A stretch of 64,000 nt of DNA, from positions 6,634,001 to 6,698,000 of the forward strand of contig CM035356.1 of the NCBI GenBank assembly GCA_020137815.1, given 5' to 3'. Each line of letters begins with the position of its first letter. Position 1 is the first letter of the stretch. A model generated the notes under the pieces. It had not been told where the DNA came from, ran no database searches, and was given only the letters and a program-made list of their open reading frames with translations. The position numbers and the translations under genes are program-made. Shown here piece by piece: positions 46,098-60,500 of the stretch. This DNA is from Hormiphora californensis. Its lineage: Eukaryota; Animalia; Ctenophora.

Positions 46098-46480
46098 TAA
46101 GTAGTCACGTGACTGATAGTAAGTAGTCACGTGACTGATAGTAAGTAGTCACGTGACTGATAGTAAGTAGTCACGTGACTGATAGTAAGTAGTCACGTCA
46201 TCATTCAAAATTAGCTTGATGGCTATAGAGTGCTCAATCTTTTCAGAGAGCTATTAACACGAAAACCAAAGAAAACGAATTTTCTGTGTTACGAACGTTT
46301 CATGGATAAACCAATCTCTGAAGATTGGTTTATCCATGAAACGTTCGTAACACAGAAAATTCGTTTTCTTTGGTTTTCGTGTAAGTAGTCACGTGACTGA
46401 TAGTAAGTAGTTACGTGAATGATAGTAAGTAGTTACGTGACTGATAGTAAGTAGTCACGTGACTGATAGTAAGTAGTTAC
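46098..46480. repeat. 22-bp minisatellite containing CACGTG, interrupted by a 124-bp palindrome (46258-46381)
   Basis: gtaagtagtcacgtgactgata repeats; cacgaaaacc...ggttttcgtg fold-back. Confidence 0.85.
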
Positions 46481-47656
46481 ATAGCAACTTATAAAATGAA
46501 CGAGGCAACTTGCTCCTCCGCCCCCAACTTAGAAAGAGCCCTACGAGAGAGAGCATAATATAGCATAGTACATAGACGCAGGGCGAACAACTATCAGATA
46601 CACTAGTGTACTAAAGTAGTTAGAAAGGATACGAACTAATAGTACGCAGTTGGCCAATAAATTAAGAGAGAAGGAAATACACAAATTGATAGAAACCACC
46701 AAAAGAGTAGCTCGGGGGGGGGGGGGGGGGGGGGTGTCTGGGGGGAGCAGCTCCCCCAAAAAGGCTGGCCCACAATATTATAGTAAAGGGGCCAGGTCGG
46801 GGAGATGTAACATAAAACCGGGGGAGTGATAACGTACACACTTATAACGTGTTGAGTAACATGACAGAGTAGAATTAGTTGCTCGACCCTCTCTCTCTCA
46901 GCAGTCAGCACCCCACAATTACGGGGGTGGTGGGTGCTGGGCAAATATAAAAAGAAATTGAGCAAAACAAGAATTAGCTTAGCTGTAAACGAGGACTGAC
47001 GCAACTAATCTGAGCATGTAAATTTATACTGCGTTTATGTACATCATGTGCATTTATAATAGTGCTCCAACATTCTCAAAACATATATCATCATTCATCA
47101 AGCTCTTTGTATGATAAGCAAAGGGATTTAAAGTTGTAACTTGTATAACATCGACTCACTGATTTATATAAACTGACATTCATATCGGACGTGGCAACAC
47201 TTGTAATAACGATCTATTGAATTGTTGAAATTAAACACGCAAGAAATCCAAAACGTTGGGTGAGAACATGATACCATGACCAACTTCCCCTGTTGTACAG
47301 GGTGTCCCCCTGGTCTTTACAGGTTAAATAAAGACAGTGGGACACCCTGTACATGGCTAGAGCACCACAACTTTGTAATCAACTTAGATAAAGGGAACTC
47401 AGGGAGCTCGATTGTCTTTATCCCGAGGGAGAGAGTGATATCTCCCATGCTCATCAGTGACCTAAATTCTATGTGTTGTACTTTAGTTGTCCAACTGACA
47501 CGTATCTCCTCGATGGGATACGGCCCTCATTTTATTTATAGTATGAGGCTGGTAGTAATATAATAATAAGTTGTAGGCTAGTTCGTTCGTATCCATGATA
47601 TCAATTAATCAACTAACTAATTAATCTCTCGTCCCACTAACTCGTTATCACTAACC

Positions 47657-48065
47657 TGGCTGGTTACAACATTAGCTGCTTTAATAACCGGTGCAGAGGG
47701 TATCTTGGGACCTCGGGTTCCTGTGCTTTACCCTCTATGAAATCCTTGACCTTGTGAAGATAGTACGCGTGGTAAGGATCCCCTTCCTCAAGAAGTTGAA
47801 CTTTCTGTTACCCTGCTCGTTCGCCTTGATCCTATTGGGGATGGGTGTGAGGGGAATAATCGATTCAACAGGATGCATTATAATACAGTAGGACCTCGAT
47901 TTACCGGAGTTTACTCGTCTGGCAAATCGGTATCGAACTGGAATTACTCACCTTGTCTCAAAGTCAGGTCCATTTCGAGCTACGAAGGAGGCAGTTTTGT
48001 CGACAATGTTCCTCAACTCCGGGGGAGGGTAGATGATGCCAATAACTGCTTTTCCTAATTCTGCC
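47657..48065 (-). CDS. SF3A1: Splicing factor 3A subunit 1, N-terminal SURP1 exons (frameshifted)
   Basis: GIIYPPPELRNIVDKTASFVARNGPDFETR|IKANEQGNRKFNFL..DPYHAYYLHKVKDF. Confidence 0.85.
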
Positions 48066-50779
48066 TTGTCCACTCCTGTGTATGAGAGAGAAGAAGAGGA
48101 GACACGAGTGAGAGGAGGCGCGAGATGAGAGATAGGGGCAGAGAGTATGATGAGCCCGTGATCGACGGAGGGTACTAGGACGGAGAGAGAGATATGACGA
48201 CGATCCTGAGATGAGACTCGGAGGAGACCGAGTCAGGACCACTTTGAGGAGAGAGGTCGCGAGGAGCGAATGCTCGAGATAGGATCGAGAAGACTAGACG
48301 AGACGATGAGAGAGAGAGAGCTGGCGGACTAGTCGATCTAACGGTAGGACCGAGTCGACTATAGCACGCAAGAGTTGTAGACTGGCGGAGATGACTGAGT
48401 GGTTGGCTCCTTCCCCTATTTTTTCGCATCTCTGGACATGTAGGACTGTGTTTTGCTTGTTGAGGTATCCTCGGTGCAGTCCTCCAGTACAGTGGAGCTG
48501 GTGAGGAGGAGAGTGTATATGCGTTAGGGATTGTTGAATGGCAAAGGACGAGTTTCATCTTCGACTGTCGCATGACGGGAGGGGAGATAGATATCCGCGA
48601 TGGAAGGATAAGATTCGAGAGAAGAGGGTCGAGAGGAGATAGACCGAAGGACTTGCTCCCGCCGATCGGGGGTCCACGGTAGGGTCATTGAATTGGTTCT
48701 TGAGGAATTATGATGGAAGGAGATCTGAGGCAGAGGTCCGTCGAATTCAGGTTCGAAGGCCCGGTGTTATGATTGTGATCGGGGGACGAGATGAGCTGGT
48801 GCATTGCTAGTTGGTAGAGGTGACCGTGATTAGGGAGAGGCTAGCGGAGATGGGAATAGGGATGCGCATCGAGGTCCAGAGCGGGCGACAGATCACGTGA
48901 TCCAGCGCCGATGCCTGACGATTAGAAGGTTGGGCGAACGAGAATGAGGTCGATGCAGTATGCCTGTGTCTAGCTCCCCCTTTGGCTACCGCGACGGGTG
49001 GAGCGGAGATGAGGCGCCACTTGATTAGCTTGATCTGTGCGATAGAATAGTCCGACGAGGGCCGACGGATTGATTCGACGCCGAAGATGAGAGAAGATGA
49101 GAGAGAGAGAAGAGGTGATGAGGAGGATGAGATGCCGCCCTCGCGGATAATCCGGACCCTCCTCCTTCAGAGAGAGAGACGAGAGCGAGAGTGAGTGAGA
49201 GAGAGAGAGAGAAGAGAGACGGACGGAGCGAAGCGCGGTTAGGCTGATCGGGAACTGATTCGAGAGAATGAGCGCAGAGAGAGAGCGAGATGACCTTCTA
49301 GGATGAGCGGCGGGCCATTCCCGACCGGACCTTGTGAGTGAGAGAGAACTGATCGCGAGGAAGAGAGAAGAGGAGAGAGAGCGACGTTGAGAGAACGAGA
49401 GCAGAGAAGAGAAGAGAAGAGAGAGATAATGATTGGAGTCGTGCAGGAGAGGAGAGAGGGCCGAGGAAGAGAGTGGAGAAGAGAGGAGAGAGTTGATCCT
49501 GAGAGTACCTTCGAAGGCTCCCTGTCCTTCTGATCGAGAGGAGGTTCGGAGAAATAGCGCGGAAGAGTGGGAAGGAGACGGTCAGAGGCGGCCTGTCGTG
49601 TTTGCTTAACGGAGGAAGGGAGAGAGAGCCTATTTTCTATGGAGAGGAGAGGGGGTGATATGAAGGAAGAACGGGCCCAGATGAGATTCGACCGAGAGGA
49701 GGTGTGGCTGTGAGTGACGATCGTCTGAGAGATTCATGGCTAGGAGAGATACGAGCACTAGGCGGGGGTCCGTCGATCCCCGTTGCGCCTGTTGTCCATG
49801 ACGAGACAGAGTGAGACAGACGATGACAGGACTGGGCGAGGGACGGAGAGTGCTTGACTAGCAGGTGTGTAGAAGACTTGTTGTGATTGGGGCGGAGCGA
49901 TTGTCGGAGAGTGAGATGGGGGTGTGTTGCGAGAGTGGATCAGGGGGCTTCGAGAGGTGATCGAGATGTTCGATGAGAAGAGATAGGCTCAGACGGAAGA
50001 ACTGACAGTGGGATGACATGCAGGAAGAGATAACGATTCGCTTGTTCACCCGATGTGAGGAGAGATTTGAGGCGCCAGCTGATTTAGGAGGAAGGTCGGC
50101 GAGACCGGAGATAAAGGTCGGCGGAACTTGCAGAGAGTTCTTTCCGATACGTGAAGCGTACTGGACAGGAATGGACGACGAATCCACCCGTGACGACGGG
50201 GTGCTTTATTGGCTGACAGCGAGATGGAAGAGATGGGAGATGGGAGGAGATGAGAGAGAGAGAGAGAGGAGAGAGACACATCATGCTAATGAACCCTCGC
50301 CCAACAATGAAACCATATATTCAGTACATACATTGTACTATGACCCTGTTTCTCAGTGCACCACGGCCGAATGTCAACTTAATGCGCTTGCACTATTCAC
50401 TGCCTCTACCAGTTTTGTAGTGGTTATATCTCATTTCATTTGATGCCAAAACTTGATCATGCTTGCAACTACAAAGCCTTTCGAGACACCCAGTATGTCC
50501 TATGGAAGTTGGAACTCCAAGGGGCAGTAAGCCGAGTCGGATGGCCATATATAGTATAAACTAAATCTCTCCACAGCTCTCTCCCTCGGGATAAAGACAA
50601 TCGAGCTCCCTGAGTTCCCTTTATCTAAGTTGATTACAAAGTTGTGGTGCTCTAGCCATGTACAGGGTGTCCCACTGTCTTTATTTAACCTGTAAAGACC
50701 AGGGGGACACCCTGTACAACAGGGGAAGTTGGTCATGGTATCATGTTCTCACCCAACGTTTTGGATTTCTTGCGTGTTT

Positions 50780-50879
50780 NNNNNNNNNNNNNNNNNNNNN
50801 NNNNNNNNNNNNNNNNNNNNNNNNNNNNNNNNNNNNNNNNNNNNNNNNNNNNNNNNNNNNNNNNNNNNNNNNNNNNNNN
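50780..50879. other. Assembly gap (100 N)
   Basis: N run. Confidence 1.
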
Positions 50880-51193
50880 TTCACCGACCCCCTGGAACCA
50901 CTCTGCTTTCCCCTTGCATTCCTCGCATTCGTTTGCATTCACTCGCTTTCCTTGCATTCATCCTGCTTTCACTTGCATTCGCTCTGCTTCACTGCATTCG
51001 CTTTTTCCCCCCCGCGAAACACTATCGTTTTAAGGATTGGGGGGATGGGGGTTGTCCCAAATTTTATTTCCCCAAATTTTCAGGAATCGATTTTAGTAAT
51101 ACATGAAGATTTGGCTGAGAGGCGAATGTTTTTCGGAAAGGGGGGGAGGAGCGATAAAGGGAAAAAAAAAGTTTGGGGGGGAAAAGGGGGGGA

Positions 51194-53090
51194 GTGAAAA
51201 GCAAAAAGAGGGGGGGGGTCAGTGGAGGACATGTTCTAGTATGGAAGTACAAAAGCAAAGGCAAAAAAAAAAAGTAACGCTGGATGAAAATAAGCTGTGC
51301 AGCGGAAAAAAGGGTTTTTGTAAGGGGAACATAAATATTGGTTCAAGTGATCGAAAATTGGTTTACGTTGGCAACTGACATAGAAAGCGGTGACAAAGTA
51401 ACTGCAGTTTTTAGCTGTTGGATTTTTTGGTAGAATGGTGCAAAAGAAAAAAAAATATAATCTGTGGTGGGGGACCAATACCTGTACACTGTAGAACTAG
51501 AAGGTGGTCACCGTCCCTTTTGTCTTCAATTTTGTATCTCTCTTTTTAGAAATTACCCTCCCCCTTCCTTTTTTATCTCCTCCCCTTCTTTCCCCTTCTC
51601 TCTTAGTAAAGTAACAAACTCTCCCCCTACAGGCCGATAAAAGATGCCTTGGGTCCAGACCTACCTAAAGGGCCCTCTATAGCGCCCCTTCCTAAGGGAC
51701 CACCTCCCAAACCATCAGGGGGTCCACCAGGAGCACCACCACCACTACCCCAGGCACCCCCTCCACCAGCCAGTAGTGCTGCCCCGCCCCCACCGGGGGT
51801 ACCCCCCCCCACCCAATCTGGGCCCCTGCGCTTGGGTACCCCTTTGTTTTTCCCCAACCTGCTAGTGGGAAGCCCCCGTTAGGATTTTTTTAAATCAGTT
51901 GAATGTTGAACTTTATACGTTGTGTATTTGTTGATAATAAAGCTCTAAAATACAAATTATTATTCAACATTCAAAACTATAAATACCCCCCCCCCAGTTC
52001 AGCGGGTCACTGCCCAAAAAGCCCAAGGCCCCCAAATCCAGCACAGTGGATGGTTTCAACAGGCAGCTGCAAAAACAACAGCAAGGCAAAACTAAAAGGA
52101 ACTGATGCTCAGCAAACTGCTCACCAAAAACGCTAGGGTAAGGGAGAGACGCAAAGAAAGAGAGAAGGGGAAGAAGGGGAAAATAATGGTTAGGGTGAGG
52201 ACAAGATGAACAAAGTTTAAAACATTAAGTAAACGAAGCGGGAGGAGTTGTCAGGTTTGATTTTCATACGGGAAACCAAGAAGGGGAAGGGCCCCAAAAC
52301 TAAACAAATTTCGGAAGAAGAACGCAAATAGAGAGGCGAAATGGGCAGGGGCCAATTTTTTGTACAGGTTTTAAAAGGGGGAAAGGGGAAAAGAAAAAAA
52401 AAAAAAAAAAAAAAGAAAAAAAAAGGGAGAGAAGAAAAAAAGAACCCCCCAAAAAAACCAAAAAAATGGCTTTCCTCTTCTCCTCCTCTTTTTTCTTTCT
52501 TTTCTCTTTCCCTTTTAAAAAATCTCCCCCCCGGCATAAAATCCCCACCAAAACCAACAGCGCCCCAAACCACCCAAACCAAGGGGTAACGGACCCACAC
52601 CATACCCCAGCTCCCCCCCGGTAGGCCCCCACCCCCCGGGGACCCACCCCAAAAAACCTAGTGCAGGCACTTAAACCCAACCGCCTAGTCGACAGCCCAC
52701 TAGATGTTTAAACTAATGCTCACCTTCTTTTTAATTATGCGAAAAACCCAAGTTGTTATTCAAAATTCTAACTAAATGATACTCCCCCTTAGTTACCCTT
52801 TTTCCCCACAACCTAGAAATCCAGCCATGGGTGGGTCCCAAAAGGCTTCCACCACACAGGGGAAAAACCAACCACAAAAGAGCAAACTGCCCCAACAGCT
52901 TAGCGACGGGGCACGCGAGGGGAGAGAGCGAAAAGGAAAACTTTGGGATCGGGGCAGTGGGAAATACATAAAGTAACCTAAGCCGGCTTTGTGCGTGTTG
53001 ATTCTACTCACCCATCCTGGAATTCATGATCGTCCCCTTTCTAGCCTCTTCTCTGCTCTTTTCCTCTCTCTCTCTCTCTCTCTCACTCTC

Positions 53091-53181
<91 letters not shown>

Positions 53182-54079
53182 ATTCCCCTCTCTCTCAGCA
53201 ACAAGCGGCCCAAATGCAGCAGCTAGCAGCCGGACAGTACATGCAGCACCAACAGGATGACCACCTAGCTAAACGTGTCAGGTAGGACAGGAATTAAACA
53301 AGGGATAGGAAGGGAGTAGGATTGACGCCACTCGCCATAAATTAACTTAAGTTTGGGCAGGGTGTTATCACTGTTATCTGTTACCCTTACTTAGTCATAT
53401 ATAACTCCAGGCTAGATGATAACGTACTAATACCGGAGGTTGAGTGGTTGAGAAGGCACCAAGGAACTACTGAGTTCACTGTTAATGTTTTGTTACCCAA
53501 TCAAGACGCAGGGGACGCCAAACTAAACGGACAGGTAATAATACTGTTTCACAAATAGTACAATCTGTGTTTGATATTACGACAGTACATAACGGTTACT
53601 GGCTATTGAATACTCACTTCTGATTCTTGATTGAGTTTTAGTACTGTTTGTTAATTGTTTTCTGTAATTAACACACACACCTCTCTAGATTGTACCGGTG
53701 GCGGTTACCTTCCAAGACACGATTGCCAGAATTAAGAGTAAGATCACAGAAACTGTGGGGCTCTCCGCTGGAAAACAGAAAATTACATCACCAACGGTAG
53801 GAACCATTTTAAATTTTTTGTACTGTTTATACTTTGGGGTTGGGCGGCTGGTTGAACAAGCTCGCTCGCGGTCCTGCGAAGTGCGACTTTTCACGTGTTT
53901 ACTGGTAGAGAACATTACTTTCATTATTTCGGTTTTTCATGATGTTTGTTAGTTTTTCTAACAACCTAATTTTCCAGGGTGTTGTTCTCAAGGAGGGAAA
54001 CTCGCTGGCCTACTTTAATCTAGCGCCCGGCTGCAACCTAACCCTAAGAGTAAAGGAACGAGGAGGAAAAGGAAAATAG
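51194..54079 (+). CDS. SF3A1: Splicing factor 3A subunit 1, Pro-rich region and C-terminal ubiquitin-like domain
   Basis: LIPEVEWLRR...KLNGQ|...IKSKITETVGLSAGKQK|GVVLKEGNSLAYFNL...LRVKERGGKGK*; upstream exons are error-rich. Confidence 0.85.
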
Positions 54080-54586
54080 ACGATATACCAGAGACAGAAA
54101 GTTTTATTACACCCATATTGTCAGCTGTCTTTATTTTATTTTATCTAACCCATCTTGAAATTCAAGGCTACTTCCTGTTTCAATGTAAACTTGACACTCC
54201 GTTTGTGTCACAGGGCTTGTCACATGATTCTTCATTGAGACACATAAACGGGCGCCGCGCGGTGAGTTAAGTAAAGAAAGCACATCTCACCCGCGGCGTT
54301 AGCAACGCGCAAGTAGACCTCTTTATGCGCGGTGCTGACAAGCGACTCAAAGACAGAGAGTCGTGTGACAAGCCATGAGAAAACAAAAAAACAGCTGATT
54401 TCACGAAATTTAATCACGTAATATACACAACAAAATCAAAAGTACAAAAAGGCACACTATTATCAGTACGATAATATCTCGGGTCCCGGTAACAAAATTA
54501 CAGGACCTCTTTATCTGTCAGGCCAATGCTCTGACAGCTCAATCTTAACTGAGAGAGAAGGTAATAAAAAGTTCTTGCACGGCACT

Positions 54587-57500
54587 CTAATCACTCCACT
54601 CATCGTCATCACATCCATCCATGAGATCCTGCGGAAGGGGTCCGGCATCCTTCTGGACTTGGACCGCAAAGGAATTAAATAGCTCGTCTCGTTGAGCTTC
54701 TAGGGACTTGAACTTTGTATGCTGATGGAGAGTTTGGATGTAAATTGGGACAGGAATAAAGAAAGTGAAAAAATAATCGGACGCCGATTTACCGGGATGA
54801 TCTGGGGAAAGGCTTTTGCCCGGTATATAGTCTGTCATCGGGGCGAGATTAGGAATTTCGGGGGAAATTTATCCACCCAATAAATGGGGGTTCCGGAAAA
54901 TCGGGGGCCGGTAGTAGCTGGTAGCCGGTAGTCCGACCGTAAATGAACCTCGTTTCCTCCAAGCCAAGATTAATGTCTCAGGCTCCTTTTGGCAAAAAAA
55001 AGAGGAGGAAAAAACATGATTTTCTAACCTCTTGTTGTATTTTGGTGTGTTGGCTACTTGTTCTCACTATCTCAACCTCCGATACGGGTTTCACGCCGGT
55101 GGGACAAAGGGAAACGGAGGGTACTCGATACTCATCACCCCACTTATCTGTTACAGGTTTTGACAGATCCAGAGCCTCGGGGTACAAGTCATCCTGGGGA
55201 GAGATGCATCAGGAGGGTTAATCAGGAGAGGGGGGGGGGGCGAGTAATCAAGGGGGGGGGGTACAGGTCATCCTGGGGAGAGATATCAGGAGGGCTAATC
55301 AGGAGAGGAGAGGGTTAATCAAGGGGGGATTACTCGGGAGGAGGGAGCTTAACTCGGGAGGAGGGAGGTTTACACGGTCGCTTGTAGTGGGAAAACGGTA
55401 ATGGAAAACGAAGATACAGTAAGACGACGCGCAACCGTGACCAATCAGGGCGCTATTACGTGCTGACACATGAACTTTTTGCCGCGCGTTATGTACCGTG
55501 CGCGTCTCCTTACTGTATTTTGCGTTACCGTATTTTGACTGCAAGCAGCACTGTTACTCGGGAGGGGAGGTCGCGCGGGGTTAATCAGGGGTTTATTAAG
55601 CTGAAGGACATTTTTCTAAAAATTAATCCCACATTATTATTATTTTGCTTTAACCGCGGTTAACCGAGGAAGCTTCGCCCCTAGCATAATTTTCATCAGT
55701 TTTCAGTCGATCTGAATATTCAGTAGGTACTTGATCAAGCTAGTCGAGAAATGGGGAGAAAATTACCTCCGGCTAAATCCCAGCCAGACATGTTATCACG
55801 TCACAGTGCCTACCTACCTATATTCGATAGCATAAATTATTAATATTCAGTGTCAGTCAGAGACTCAATTTTATGCTAATTATGAGATAAAATCAGGGAG
55901 AGTTAGATTCTATATAGAGTTTATACAATAGTGAGTGGATTCGATAGATAATTATTACCATCGCGTTTGATAAATTTCGGTGCATTTTACGACAGTCTAG
56001 AATGATAGTTTTCATTGCAGAATATTATAACTAGCGTCGTTATCAGTCGTCTGAACCTTAAAACAGCTAAAGCTCGATTCTCAGTAATGTCAAAATACGG
56101 CGCCAGACAGTTAACTATCAGATAAGTTATTACTATAATGATTTATCTGATAGTTGATACCGCCAGACCCGATTCTGAGTAACAGCGCCAGACACCAAAG
56201 ATAAATCTTTGCTACTGATTTATATGTTAATTTATCTGATAGTGATACCGCCTCGTTTTGATTTTCAAAACCGAAATACGCGACAGAGCACTCAACTTGA
56301 GTCTCAAGTCGGCATCGCCAGACAAATAAATGGTTTATAGCTCTGAGAAAGAATTAAACAGGGAAGAAAATGGGAAAATACTGGGTTTGACCGTTTGAGA
56401 TAGACAGAGTCTGTATGGCTGCGCCATACCCCAATTTGAGCGACAGTGCGCTCCGATGGGGTCGCGGGGCCAGACAGATACAATCATTTGAGGTAGAGAC
56501 AGAGTCTACAGTTTACCTGAAAGTATTGTTTCCGGAGTCGTGGGATAGTAAACACCAACAACTGTATGGAGTCCTTGGTGAGTTTGTAGAACCGTGCCAT
56601 CTCCACCTCCATGACGTCACACTGTTGCCGTGGTAACGGAGATAGGGCGCTTTGGACGGGGGGACAGGAGAAGGAGGCCAGGGGTAGGGGTGGTCCCTCT
56701 CTGACAATCTCAAATGGATTGATAGTCGCCTCTCCTGATGGGATAGTAAGGTATTTAATTTAAAGAGTTGACTGACTGTCTCATTTGGCCTCTAAACAGC
56801 CGGCACGAACAGAAAATTGATTTGATACTGTCAGGCCAATGCTCTGACCACAGTTCTCGCGCACTCTGACAGATTTGATAGCAGCCCTTCAGCTAGTGAC
56901 AAGTCTCTCTCTCTCTCTCTCTCACTTGCAGCGTACATGATCATAACTCAGGGTTATAAAATACAGGAGAGGAAGGAAAGAGCCAGGAACCGACCGAAAC
57001 AAGTAAATAACCAATCAGAACTCGTTATTTAGGTCACGTGACTGGTTATCAGCCAATCAGGGACCAGTATTTCCTGATTCGGTCGGTTCCTGGAAAGAGC
57101 TAACAGTGGCGGAGAGAGAGGAAAGAACTAATAGTAATTCCGTCTTGTCTAGACTACCTCTGACACCTATATTACTACCCCTCTCTGGTTAGCTACCGAT
57201 CTCAGGGACACACGTGCTAATCAGGCGCAGTGAGCGTGTCATGACATATATCAGACGGAATATATTAAATTGCATGTGATATCAGCCCCGCCAATCTCGC
57301 TAATTAGGCTGAGAAAACACTGTCAGCTAAAACATGGACAGCGTGGTGGAGTTAGAGCGTGGTGTTAGATAGTGGTTACTGGGTGCAGTTTATAAGACGA
57401 CAGTATATGTAGGCTGTATAGGCAGTGCGGGTTACGGATCCCTGATAGAACTACTAAACCACTGCTACTAACTTAGTAGTACTAAGGAAGTAAACTAAAT

Positions 57501-60500
57501 AAACCAACAGGAGATGGCCTGGTATAACCAATGGTTATTAACCATGCATGAGTATACCATTTCCTAACTCCTAATTGTTAGCAGCTATAGGTATACAATA
57601 TTCAAACAAAATTGAGAGGGAGGTCCCAGTTTGTGAGAGAGCTAAACCACTACTATTAAACTACATCTCCTAACTCTAAGGAAGCAAAGAACCATCAGGA
57701 GATGGTATAATCCTGCAATATGTATATACTTGCCATGCTACGCAGTCTGTCCTTTAGTCGAGCTAAGCGCGTAAGCTCACACCTTCGGCCCGGTGTGAGA
57801 GCCGACAGACTGGGAACATGTCAAGATTATACCATCTCCTAATTCCCAACTGTTACCTTTAGCAGCTAGGTATACAATATTCCGATTAACATCAGGAAAT
57901 GGAGTTGAGAGAGAGGTCCCAGTTCCCAGTTGGTGAGTGTGAATCAGGGATAGGGTAGGACGGAGTTGAATGGTCGTTAGAGACCGCATATTGCTTCCTC
58001 CCAGACTGCTTATAACAAGGTAGTCCCGGGTACAAACTGCTCGAGCGCTGCAAAAATAGGGAACACGTGTGATTATGCCTGAGAATTGTTCAAACGACTC
58101 AAAATTGAGTTTGAAAAAAGAAAAGGAACATAATATTTCAGTTGACTCACTTCCTAACTTCCACACCGGTGGACACGGTGTTCCCTTCACTACTGCCAGA
58201 ATTATTCAGTGTATTCCATGTCTTTATATCACCTGTATTAGGAATTAAAGGAGTCAAACCCAAACACGTGATAATATCTTGTTTTGTTCTAACCCTCTGG
58301 AGAGAGAGGGTCAAAAAAGGCAAATAATTTCATAGTTCAGAACGAAAGCTATACCAGCTGATTAATGTTGGTTACTTGTTGAGTTAGGGGGCGGAACTAA
58401 ACAAGAAGTTACCGTTTCTAAGGACAATGTAGACTGTGTAACCAGTGGTTACATCCCAAGCTAACGAGATACAATCCTCAACTTGTGTAGTTGCCAACTG
58501 AAGAAGGTGTGGGATATTGTTAGTCTAGCATCATTAGCCCCTATCTGAGTTGAGAACAAGATCTGAGGGGCGAGGGCATTCCTAAAATACAACTTCCATT
58601 TTAGCCCAATTACTGGCCTGTTTCTTACCTTTCATGCCAATGCTTTGACCGCGGTTCTTACAAAAGAAACAAGATTATAATGGTCTGTTTGGCGCCGCCG
58701 ACCCCATCTGAGCGCACTGAGAATCAAATGGCGCCGCCATACAGATAATGGTCAGGTCACTTCTCTTTGTTTCTTACCGTTTCGCCAGTGTTTGTATCGG
58801 TGATAACAAGGTAACCACTGGCATCCCCAGTTAGGAGAACTCCCTTTATCCCAGGGTGGTAGAGGAGGAAGGTGACTTTAGCGTGGTGATCAATAACTCT
58901 CCCACACTGAGCCTTCCCTTCTTCTATCTTCCACAGTTTTACCTAGGTTAGATATAATCAGGAACCGACCGAAACAGGGTCACCACACACCAAAGTTAAA
59001 ATTAAAATTAAAATTTTGATTTTAAACCCGCACACACCAGCGGCCGTTAAAATTTCTCTCCCCCATTCTAAAAGTAACAATCTCGCGCGCGATTTCCAAC
59101 GCGATCCAACGATTTCCAACGCGATCCAACGCGACCGTCAAAATCGTGCGTGAGATTGTTACTTTTAGAATGGGGAGAGAAATTTTAACGGCCGCTGGTG
59201 TGTGCGGGTTTAAAATCAAAATTTTAATTTTAATTTTAACTTTGGTGTGTGGTGACCCCAAGTAAACAACCAATCAGAACTCGTTATTTAGGTCACGTGA
59301 CTGGTTATCAGCCAATAAGGGACCAGTATTTCCTGATTCAGTCGGTTCCTGGATATAATGGTATTGGTCTTGATCATAAAGTCGGTACAATCAAATGAGG
59401 TTCAGATAGTTGGTCATAACGGATACTTATCCACAATTTTTCTACCAATTAGAATAATATGAATATGAGAGGGGGTGGGGATTTATGGTTTTATCTGTAT
59501 CTTCGATACAGTTCTTAGAACATAGGGTAGCGACATTTCAAATAGCCAGTCACTACCCTAGTTCCTGTTTTAACTCAGTTGGCAATGGCAGGAGATTGAA
59601 AGGCCTGGCGGTGTGTCATGTGTTATAGATGAAACACCTTACAACTTTGAAACTATCCAGCTCTACCGACCGGATTTATACAGCGGCCAGATCACAGACG
59701 TTCTCTTTCTACTCTCTCTCTCTACCTCATAGCTATCGAAGTGACAGAGGGAGAAGAAGGAAAGATTTAGAAAGAGCTGATGTCATTCCGTCTTGTCCAG
59801 AATATCTCTCTCTCTTTCTCCCTCTCCTTCTTTCATAGCTATCAAGTAATGTTTCACTGTCAGCGTATGTCTAGCCGGGATGTCTAGCTAAGGTCGGCTT
59901 CTAAAGTGCTGCTAAAGGGAAATCCTAACAGTTTCGTTAGTCTAGTAGTAGTACAGGGTGTCCCACTAGTAGTAGTATGACAGTAGTAAGACAGTAGTAA
60001 GTGGGGTAAAATGTCAGAGAACTATAAGTAGTGTTCCTAACTTCACTCGATTCATTGTTAAACTATTCGCTGTCTACAGTCTGTCTGTCAATAAACTCTT
60101 TAACGTTTCTCAACCAAAAGCCCATCGTCTCTCATCTACTGTCTGACCCAATTGAAACCCACTCCCTCTCTCAATTCCACAGCTCTTACCTCGGCGGAGT
60201 CACTGCCCACAGCAAGAGTTGAATCACAAAAAGGATCCCATTGCATGACGATAGGAGATCCATTGTTAACAATTTCAAGTTGAGGGGTTTTGTTTTCCCC
60301 CGGCTTGGACAGATCCACAATACCAAGACGTCCACCACTCCCAGTCATAAGGTGACTGGCGTACCTACCACCTGGTATTGATGATGTAAGTTGGGTATAT
60401 TCGCTTTTATGGCAAGAAAAATATCGAGAAAAATATTAGGTTATGACTTCAGAGTTGATCAGTTGAGACTCAATTGCCTCGCTTGACCGCGTGTTAAAAC

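Noticed and set aside
48070-50290. ORFs in a GA-rich, CpG-rich stretch suggesting foreign DNA
   Set aside because: Looks like uncorrected noisy read sequence next to a gap; no coherent protein motifs
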